This document shows positions 9,061 to 15,323 of a stretch of DNA of 48,898 nt, in pieces. Source of the DNA: a virus (lineage: Duplodnaviria; Caudoviricetes); the IMG/VR virus record IMGVR_UViG_3300048999_000260, positions 1 through 48,898 of that record; one strand, given 5' to 3'. Both the position numbers and the translations under genes were made by a program. The notes beneath the pieces were generated by a model. The model made no database searches. It was not told the origin of the DNA and saw only the letters and a list, made by a program, of their open reading frames with translations. Positions within the stretch are counted from its first letter, which is position 1, and each line of letters begins with the position of its first letter.

Positions 9061-9269
9061 TGGTGCGAAACTACGTACCCCGCAAGGTATCACCGCGGCG
9101 ATCACTGCGCATCTCGGTCTGGGTCTCCGACGTGGAGAAGACGACCGTCGAGGAGGCGGCCGCGATCGAAGGCGTTAGCGTGGCGCAGTTCATCCGTGAC
9201 GTGACCTTGGGTGCGGCCAGCGCGACGCTCGTAGAGGAGACCGAGCGCCTCCGAGATGACGTCGCATGA
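9060..9269 (+). CDS. ribbon-helix-helix DNA-binding protein (DUF1778/MobC-like)
   Basis: RISVWVSDVEKTTVEEAAAIEGVSVAQFIR; TAATG coupling. Confidence 0.7.
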   Translation: MVRNYVPRKVSPRRSLRISVWVSDVEKTTVEEAAAIEGVSVAQFIRDVTLGAASATLVEETERLRDDVA

Positions 9270-9415
9270 TCATCTGGATCATCACCGTGTCGCTGTTCGT
9301 GATCGTCGGCGGTGCGCTGGTTATCGTGGAGATCTGCGACGATCGAGCGTGGAGGCGGTACAACCGGCAGCGTGACGAGCGCATCAGGCGGTTTATCCGT
9401 GACATTCGGTACTAG
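9266..9415 (+). CDS. small membrane protein (49 aa)
   Basis: MIIWIITVSLFVIVGGALVIV..., ATGA overlap. Confidence 0.55.
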   Translation: MIIWIITVSLFVIVGGALVIVEICDDRAWRRYNRQRDERIRRFIRDIRY

Positions 9416-9435
9416 CCGTTGTGACATAAGGAAAA

Positions 9436-9954
9436 GTGATGACTGAGGACAAGAAGAGGTTCGACACGTCCGAGTTGCCTCCGTTTCCGTGGCAGCTTGT
9501 TGACGGCACGGTCTACGCCGCGGACGGGCAGATCCTGCTCGTCGTCATGGCACCGGTCGGCGGCGAGGTCGTCGACGCGATGAACATGCTCGCCGAGGAC
9601 GGCTGGTTCACGCCGATCTCCGAGCACATGCAAGAGGCGTATAACGCGTACGTCCGCGCCGACACGCGCAACCAGACCGCACTCACGCAGATCGAGAAGT
9701 ACCGCAAGGACGGCGTGATCGAGACCGGCTCGCCGGGGATCGACCTGCAGACGCCCGCCGAGATGCTCGACGTGCTTCACGACGTGCTGTCCGGCGGCGG
9801 CTCGATGACGTACTTTCCCTGCCAGTATGCGGTGATTCCGAACATCGGTGACGAGGGGATGTGCGTCGCGCACGCCACCGCGGAGTTCGACGGCAAGCGA
9901 TATTGCCAGCCGCACGCCAAGGCGCTCGAGGAGAAGTGGGGTGCGTCGTTGTGA
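9436..9954 (+). CDS. hypothetical protein
   Basis: AAGGA RBS; ORF track. Confidence 0.7.
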   Translation: MMTEDKKRFDTSELPPFPWQLVDGTVYAADGQILLVVMAPVGGEVVDAMNMLAEDGWFTPISEHMQEAYNAYVRADTRNQTALTQIEKYRKDGVIETGSPGIDLQTPAEMLDVLHDVLSGGGSMTYFPCQYAVIPNIGDEGMCVAHATAEFDGKRYCQPHAKALEEKWGASL

Positions 9955-10391
9955 CCGTCCGAATCGCTGACCTCAACCGGCCGGTCGAGCCGTCACCGAC
10001 CTTGTTCAAGATCAGTGCGCGACATCAGCGGATCACCACCGATATGTGCGCGTATGTCCTGTCCAATCTGGACGGTGATCTCACGGTGAATGCGCTCGCA
10101 ACCAAGGCCGGCTACAGCCGATCACACTTCTCGCGCATGTTTCGACGGATCATGGATCTGCCGCTTAACACGTACGTGACGAACGCGCGCATGGACAAGG
10201 CGGCGGAGCTGCTACGCGAGACCAACCTCACGGTGGTCGCGATCATGCACCGCGTCGGGTACGAATCGACCAGCGCGTTCGCCACGACGTTCCGCGGTCG
10301 GACCGGATCGTCACCGCGCGAGTACCGCGACCGGTCGCGACTAGATGCGGAGATGCGGCGCTGCGCCGCGCAGAACGGACTCCAGGAATGA
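9951..10391 (+). CDS. stand-alone AraC-family HTH regulator (MarA/SoxS-like architecture)
   Basis: LTVNALATKAGYSRSHFSRMFR...ARMDKAAELLRET...VGYESTSAFATTFR..TGSSPREYR. Confidence 0.9.
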   Translation: MTVRIADLNRPVEPSPTLFKISARHQRITTDMCAYVLSNLDGDLTVNALATKAGYSRSHFSRMFRRIMDLPLNTYVTNARMDKAAELLRETNLTVVAIMHRVGYESTSAFATTFRGRTGSSPREYRDRSRLDAEMRRCAAQNGLQE

Positions 10392-10870
10392 GCCACGAGA
10401 CATCACAGGAGATCGCGACGTCGGCCGGTTCGACCGACGCACCGACGTACGACCCGTCGCTGCTCGAGACGGCACTCGGACCGATCACCGCGCGGGAGTT
10501 CGACGCCGCGGAGGACTACACGAAGCCAGCGCTGTGGGCGTGGCTGATCGCCATCGTGAACCTCACCGACGCGGAGCTCTATCACGCCAGCCGATCGGCC
10601 ATCTACGAGTCCGCACTTGTGAACCGGTTCTCACACCGCATCAACTTCGAGCACGTTCACTGCAAGGCGACGGCGTGCTACTCCGAGGCCGAGCGCCGGT
10701 TGAAGCTCGAGAAGCACGCGGAAGACTGCCGGCCGTCCGGGATCTACGGTCGTGCGCACGCCGACGTGATGACCGCCTACGGCTACGAGCCGTCGTCGCC
10801 CATCCGGCCGTGTACGTGCGGCGCCCGCTACCCTGATCGACATGGGGAGGCACCGTCCGATGTGGACTGA
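10388..10870 (+). CDS. hypothetical protein
   Basis: ORF track; coupled. Confidence 0.7.
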   Translation: MSHETSQEIATSAGSTDAPTYDPSLLETALGPITAREFDAAEDYTKPALWAWLIAIVNLTDAELYHASRSAIYESALVNRFSHRINFEHVHCKATACYSEAERRLKLEKHAEDCRPSGIYGRAHADVMTAYGYEPSSPIRPCTCGARYPDRHGEAPSDVD

Positions 10871-11084
10871 GCGCAAGGTTCTCGTGACGTGGACCAACTG
10901 GACGTTCGGACCGTGGTACGCCGTGCTCAACGGTGACCAGGTGTGGGGGATCGACATTGGCCCGCTCGAGATCATGTGGCGCCGGCGTCGACTGCCGCCA
11001 CCCAAGCAACTTCATCCACGCGTGCGCGACGGGCGTACGATAGTGACACGTCAAGGTCACGGCGGACATCCCCCGACCCCGTGA
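10860..11084 (+). CDS. Trp-rich hypothetical protein
   Basis: GGAGG RBS before ATG 10860. Confidence 0.55.
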   Translation: MWTERKVLVTWTNWTFGPWYAVLNGDQVWGIDIGPLEIMWRRRRLPPPKQLHPRVRDGRTIVTRQGHGGHPPTP

Positions 11085-11194
11085 CGTTGACGCGGAGGGA
11101 CCGGCCGATACCATCGCGCGCCGTTGTCACGAATGACGATCGATGACCGGGGAACACCGGTCCCTCCATCCACAACCGACTGAGGAAAAGACCG

Positions 11195-11584
11195 ATGTGG
11201 ACGATCGCAAAGACCCTCGCGCAGGACGTGATCTGGATCACGCAGGACGGCCGGCGCGTGCTGATCGCCGAGATGGCGCAGTCGCACCGGCTGAACACCC
11301 ACGCGTACCTGCTGCGTCGCGCCGCGGAGATCCACGAGCACGTGCGTTGGCTGCGCGTTCGTGCGACGCTCAACGAGATCCGTCGACTGTCCGAAGCGGA
11401 CCAGCTTGAGGGCGCACAGCCGTTCATCGAGATCGAGATGGATCCGGAGAGGTGGATCCGCGCGACGCCGTTCATGATCGCGCTCGAGAAGGCGATCCGC
11501 GATCACGGCGCCGAGGACGGCGAGGTCATCGACGTGGCGTACGAAGGTTGGGTCGACGTCGTGGTGCGGAGGTTGATCGGATGA
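11195..11584 (+). CDS. hypothetical protein
   Basis: GAGGA RBS; WITQDGRRVLIAEM...H..N motif. Confidence 0.75.
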   Translation: MWTIAKTLAQDVIWITQDGRRVLIAEMAQSHRLNTHAYLLRRAAEIHEHVRWLRVRATLNEIRRLSEADQLEGAQPFIEIEMDPERWIRATPFMIALEKAIRDHGAEDGEVIDVAYEGWVDVVVRRLIG

Positions 11585-11826
11585 CCGAGCACGGTGATAA
11601 CTACCTCGTCGAGTTTCAGGTCTTGACGTTCGGCTTGATCTACGCGTCCGTTTGCACCTCCTTGGGAGAGCAGGAAACCACGGAACGTCTCAACCTCACG
11701 CATCCGACCGGGCTGTCGTGGGGCTGGACGCCGTCGACGGATGCGCGGTTCGTGACTGGCCAGCCGAACCCGTGTAAGTGCGAGATTCAGCCGGATACGC
11801 ACGAGCATCGCCTGTATACGTGTTAG
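11581..11826 (+). CDS. hypothetical protein
   Basis: GGAGG RBS; ASVCT...HPTG...PNPC.C...H.H motif. Confidence 0.7.
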   Translation: MTEHGDNYLVEFQVLTFGLIYASVCTSLGEQETTERLNLTHPTGLSWGWTPSTDARFVTGQPNPCKCEIQPDTHEHRLYTC

Positions 11827-11867
11827 ATTGAGACCGCCCTACCGATCGCGCGGGTCGGGATGGCACC

Positions 11868-11940
11868 GAGATCGGCAAGTCGATTGAATCCGCGGCACGG
11901 GCAGTCGGCTTGCCGGTCTCACCCTTACGAGGGGGACCGG
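11868..11940 (+). promoter_or_regulatory. intergenic RNA hairpin with alternative fold
   Basis: 19-bp stem 11868-11886/11902-11920 with three G-U pairs; competing CCGGT/ACCGG hairpin topped by CCCT-TACG-AGGG. Confidence 0.55.
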
Positions 11941-11955
11941 AGGAAGAGAGCGCCC

Positions 11956-12240
11956 ATGAAGCGCGTACGTGGCAAGGAAAAGAGACTGATCACGCTTCTT
12001 GAGACGGTGACCGGCACGACCGCACCGCAGATCAACAAGTTTGCCGTACTGCTGGCCGAGCTCGTCCGGCAACGCGACGCATATCACCGTGAGCGCAACG
12101 CCGCGAACGCGGAGGTGATTCGCTGGCGCCGTCGCGCGCGTCGCGCTGATCAACACGTCGTGCGGCTCCAGCGTGACCTGCGTGACGCGCAGACGATCCG
12201 CGGAAATCTGTCAACGAGGAGCGAGGACATAGGACGATGA
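11956..12240 (+). CDS. coiled-coil hypothetical protein
   Basis: ATG 11956 in ORF 11860..12240. Confidence 0.6.
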   Translation: MKRVRGKEKRLITLLETVTGTTAPQINKFAVLLAELVRQRDAYHRERNAANAEVIRWRRRARRADQHVVRLQRDLRDAQTIRGNLSTRSEDIGR

Positions 12241-12473
12241 AGATCGAATCGGACAAGAAGTCCGGTGATGGCATCAATAAGGCGCTGACGATCGTCGACG
12301 TCAAGGCGTATCTCGCGAAGCTCGAGCTTCTCGGTGTGGCGGACACCACGCGCGTCAAGGCGCGGACGACGATCCGCAATCACGTGTACGAGCTGACGGT
12401 GGACACCGACGACGTGCGCCCGCCGGCCGTCGGTGAACCGGGTCACGAGAAGTGGCCGGGCGGACTGCGATGA
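12237..12473 (+). CDS. hypothetical protein
   Basis: ORF track; AGGA RBS. Confidence 0.65.
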   Translation: MKIESDKKSGDGINKALTIVDVKAYLAKLELLGVADTTRVKARTTIRNHVYELTVDTDDVRPPAVGEPGHEKWPGGLR

Positions 12474-12766
12474 ACTGGGATAAGCGGCCGGATGAGCTGC
12501 GCGACCGCGTGAAGTCCCTACCTGGCAAGAAGAACACGCGCGAGTGGTGCCGTGGCAAGGTCGGCCGGTATCACGACGTCGAGGTGCGCCGGCAGCCGCA
12601 CGTCAGCGATGACACGGCGTGTCACCGCTGGCCATTCGGTAATAGCTCCTATCAGATCTGGCTGTGCTATCACCAGATTTACTGCGTGAACTGCGGCAAG
12701 ATCCTCAATCACTCTTTGGGAGACGACTGTCCGGACCGGACAGACGGACCCGAGGTCACCGCGTAA
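12470..12766 (+). CDS. hypothetical protein with Cys/His motifs
   Basis: KKNTREWCRGKVGRYH...CYHQIYCVNCGK. Confidence 0.7.
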   Translation: MNWDKRPDELRDRVKSLPGKKNTREWCRGKVGRYHDVEVRRQPHVSDDTACHRWPFGNSSYQIWLCYHQIYCVNCGKILNHSLGDDCPDRTDGPEVTA

Positions 12767-12854
12767 ACCCAATGACACCTGCATTCTGAGGCTGCGGTAC
12801 GGTTTCGACACCAGGAACTCAGACCAACTCGATCCCCGACAGAGGACAAAGATC

Positions 12855-13601
12855 ATGGCGAAGCAGGGGCAGATCCTCGCGCTCGAGAAGACCGCGAAGG
12901 GCGTGGCCGAGTCAACACTCACCAAGTCGTACCACGTTCTGCAGAAGGACGCGCTGCTCAACGGCATCTCACGTGTGTACACCGCGAAGCTCGAGGACGG
13001 CGACCAGTTCCCGCCCGAGCGAACGCGGGTCCAGGTGCGTGTCCACGAGGAGATCGCGAAGGTGGCCACGGCCGTCGGTCGCGCGCTCGATCTCGCGGCC
13101 ACCAAGGAGAAGACCAACACGTACGCCAAGGCCGATCTTGTCGTCGACGGCGCGACGCTTGTCAAGGACGTGCCGGCTGGCGTGCTGATGATGCTCGAGC
13201 GCGAGCTGATCAACGTCGAGACGTTCGTGTCCAAGCTACCGACGCTGGACATGGCGGAGGACTGGCACTTCGACGACAACACCGACTCGTTCGCGACCGG
13301 ACAGACGCAGACCGCGAAGTCCGTACGCGTGCCGCGCAACCACGTGCTCGCCGAGGCGACGCCGCAGCACCCGGCGCAGGTCAAGGTCTACGAGGAGGCG
13401 CAGGTCGTCGGCACGTGGACGCAGACCAAGTACTCGGGCGCCTTGCCGGCCAAGGAGGTCACGGATCTCAAGGACCGCGTGCGGAAGCTGCGCGACGCCG
13501 TCAAGGTAGCGCGCGAGGAGGCCAACACGGCCACGGCCACCGACCTGCCGGTCGGTGACACGCTGCTCGGCTACGTCTTCGGCGGTACGCTGCCGAGGTA
13601 A
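12855..13601 (+). CDS. conserved 248-aa protein of unknown function (resembles DUF7873 family, from memory)
   Basis: QILALEK...GISRVY...PPE..RVQ...VPRNHVLAEATPQHPAQV...KYSGALPA...AVKVAREEAN; AGAGGA RBS. Confidence 0.8.
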   Translation: MAKQGQILALEKTAKGVAESTLTKSYHVLQKDALLNGISRVYTAKLEDGDQFPPERTRVQVRVHEEIAKVATAVGRALDLAATKEKTNTYAKADLVVDGATLVKDVPAGVLMMLERELINVETFVSKLPTLDMAEDWHFDDNTDSFATGQTQTAKSVRVPRNHVLAEATPQHPAQVKVYEEAQVVGTWTQTKYSGALPAKEVTDLKDRVRKLRDAVKVAREEANTATATDLPVGDTLLGYVFGGTLPR

Positions 13602-13810
13602 GATCTCCCTGGTGGGGACCGGGAGAAACGGTGGAAGCGTCCACATCGGACCGGTACGACGCGCCTCTGGTTGGGGCCCGCGTATGACCCGGCCGGTTGG
13701 GGTTACCGTAGTGGGACGCAGTGCGGAAGGGGTTAACCCGCACACCTAAGACTCCGCTGTCAGAGGTGGAGCAGGTCCGGATCGGTTTCGTCGCCGGTCC
13801 GGACACGGCA

Positions 13811-13843
13811 CAGACTCATCCTCAGATTCATCCTTAGATTCGA
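13811..13843 (+). repeat. 12-nt imperfect tandem repeat
   Basis: CAGACTCATCCT CAGATTCATCCT TAGATTCGA. Confidence 0.8.
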
Positions 13844-13844
13844 C

Positions 13845-13918
13845 GCTCGTACAGTGCAGGTTCGAATCCTGCCCCGCCGACCACGCCGGCGGGTGGCCCA
13901 ACTGGCAGAGGCGCGAGC
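13845..13918 (+). ncRNA. circularly permuted tRNA-like module 1 (YrlA-like)
   Basis: GCTCG-TACAGT-[GCAGG TTCGAAT CCTGC]-CCCGCCG ACCA-cgc-CGGCGGG-TG-[GCC CAACTGGCAGA GGC]-G-CGAGC. Confidence 0.85.
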
Positions 13919-13948
13919 ATGTCATCCTTGCGCCACAGACTCAGTAGT

Positions 13949-14109
13949 GTCACTGGGTTCCGTATCTACCGTTCGACATCGTTACCGCATCACGTGGGTT
14001 CGAATCCCTCCCTCGGCACCAAACTCATGCCGAGGTCGTCTAGCTGGCAGGACGTTGCGGTCTAAGGATTTAGTGTCGGACTTAATTGTGACGGAGCTCA
14101 ATTGGTGAC
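13949..14109 (+). ncRNA. circularly permuted tRNA-like module 2 on a long closing stem (YrlA-like)
   Basis: ACCGCA-TCAC-[GTGGG TTCGAAT CCCTC]-CCTCGGC ACCA-aactcat-GCCGAGG-TC-[GTCT AGCTGGCA GGAC]-GT-TGCGGT; outer stems 13971-79/14073-81, 13955-63/14091-99, 13949-54/14104-09. Confidence 0.85.
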
Positions 14110-14114
14110 GGGAC

Positions 14115-14187
14115 CGTGAAGTAGCTCAACTGGCAGAGCTACGGCCTATTAAGCCGTTGGTTGTGGGTTCAAGTCCCACCCTCACAT
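14115..14187 (+). tRNA. tRNA-like gene with ATT anticodon (nominal Asn), weak acceptor stem
   Basis: TA-GCTC AACTGGCA GAGC; ACGGC CTATTAA GCCGT; GTGGG TTCAAGT CCCAC; acceptor CGTGAAG/CCTCACA has two mismatches; no CCA. Confidence 0.75.
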
Positions 14188-14201
14188 AAACACTCCCTTT
14201 A

Positions 14202-14240
14202 GGCGGGGGCCGCTGGTTATGCGGCTCCCGCCCCTTTAAA
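14202..14240 (+). terminator. intrinsic terminator
   Basis: GGCGGGGGCCGC-TGGTTAT-GCGGCTCCCGCC followed by CCTTTAAAA. Confidence 0.7.
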
Positions 14241-14302
14241 ACCCTAAGCATGAACCGGACGGGCTGCTATCGTCGTCCGCCTGGAAAGCCTGAGGAGATC
14301 AG

Positions 14303-14539
14303 ATGTCCGAGGTCATTCGCCGCACGCGGTTGCTGCTCCTGTTCATCGAGATGATCATGATGCTTGGCATGCCCGTTCCGAGCCGTCTGATCGGTATGCG
14401 CCAGCGGTTCGCCACGTGGCGCTGGGAGCGCCGGCGCACGCGGTCGCTGCCGACGAAGACGCGTGGCTACGAGCAGCTGCTTCGGTTGAACCCCGGGCTG
14501 ATCCCCTCACCGAGTCTTCGAAGGATCACGACGCGATGA
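14303..14539 (+). CDS. hypothetical protein
   Basis: GAGGAG RBS. Confidence 0.6.
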   Translation: MSEVIRRTRLLLLFIEMIMMLGMPVPSRLIGMRQRFATWRWERRRTRSLPTKTRGYEQLLRLNPGLIPSPSLRRITTR

Positions 14540-14976
14540 CACAGACCGAGGAAACGCAGGAAGAGAACGAGTTCCCCTACAGCCAGCATCCGCACGAATA
14601 CGCGGGCAGCAACTCCGAACGACAGTCCGTCGGTGACCCCGGTCACTGCGAGGCCTGCTGTTCCGTCGGTCATGTGGTCGCGCACCCCGACCTCGGTTGT
14701 GGCGACGTCGGTTGCGATTCGGATCACGTCGGCGAGGACCTGCCCGATCCGCCACCGTTGTCCACCCGCGTGCGCGAGCCGGACGACTTACCGGAGCCGT
14801 ACGCTGGCGACGTCACGTGGCCGGACGTTGAGGACGTCGACGACATGCCGATCGCCGCGCAGTTCGAGGAGGCCATGTCGGCGCTGATGAACCAGGCTGA
14901 CGCCGCGACCGAACGCATCGAGACCTTGTACCGCAACGGAATCCGAGAAATCAGGGAGCTCGTTCGTGGATCGTGA
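14536..14976 (+). CDS. acidic protein with Cys/His cluster
   Basis: ATGA overlap; HCEACCSVGHVVAHPDLGCGDVGCDSDH. Confidence 0.7.
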   Translation: MTQTEETQEENEFPYSQHPHEYAGSNSERQSVGDPGHCEACCSVGHVVAHPDLGCGDVGCDSDHVGEDLPDPPPLSTRVREPDDLPEPYAGDVTWPDVEDVDDMPIAAQFEEAMSALMNQADAATERIETLYRNGIREIRELVRGS

Positions 14977-15202
14977 GAAGATCGAGCAGAAGTTCAGCTA
15001 CCACCCGCCATCCAACAACGAGGTGATCCACGCACACGAGTGGACGCGCGAGCGGTTCATGGACCTGGCCTTTCAGGTCAACGCGTTCCTGCCGGACTGC
15101 GACGAGAAGGACGACGCCATCAAGGCGATCGACCACGCGGCCATGCTTGTGAACGCCGCGATCGCGCGAACGCAGCTCAAGCGACAGGCCCTCACCGGAT
15201 AA
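14966..15202 (+). CDS. small helical-hairpin protein, Acb2/Tad1-hairpin-like (candidate nucleotide sponge)
   Basis: IEQKFSYHPP...LPDCDEKDDAIKAIDHAAMLVNAAIAR matches the F.YH.P...P..REK..A...LEEA.M..NAAIAR family pattern. Confidence 0.6.
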   Translation: MDREKIEQKFSYHPPSNNEVIHAHEWTRERFMDLAFQVNAFLPDCDEKDDAIKAIDHAAMLVNAAIARTQLKRQALTG

Positions 15203-15227
15203 GCCCTTCCCCCGATCCGGTGAGTTC

Positions 15228-15289
15228 GAGCCGGCCGGCCCACCACGTGCCCCCGATTTCACGTGGCGGTTCGGCCGGCTCTTTTTATT
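15228..15289 (+). terminator. intrinsic terminator ending accessory region
   Basis: GAGCCGGCCG/CGGCCGGCTC stem plus TTTTTATT; preceded by a second 10-bp hairpin at 15191-15224. Confidence 0.8.
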
Positions 15290-15323
15290 GTGTCATAGGG
15301 ACGTCCTGTTAGGATCTTTTGCT

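Larger units (their letters stand above)
13602..14240 (+). ncRNA. long structured RNA containing permuted tRNA-like modules
   Basis: No credible ORF; serial hairpins, two permuted tRNA modules, one tRNA, terminator. Confidence 0.75.

Noticed and set aside
13811-13843. Tandem repeats as a CRISPR mini-array
   Set aside because: 12-nt units with no spacers and no cas genes; no CRISPR array is seen anywhere in the window.
13845-14061. Permuted modules as an ordinary tandem tRNA array or intron-containing tRNA
   Set aside because: Each 3' acceptor strand pairs perfectly with the 5' strand that follows it. Pairing the module-1 5' half with the module-2 3' half (CGGCGGG vs CCTCGGC) is poor.
13555-14108. 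ORFs 13555..13749 and 13854..14108
   Set aside because: No RBS, atypical composition, and they overlap clear RNA structures.
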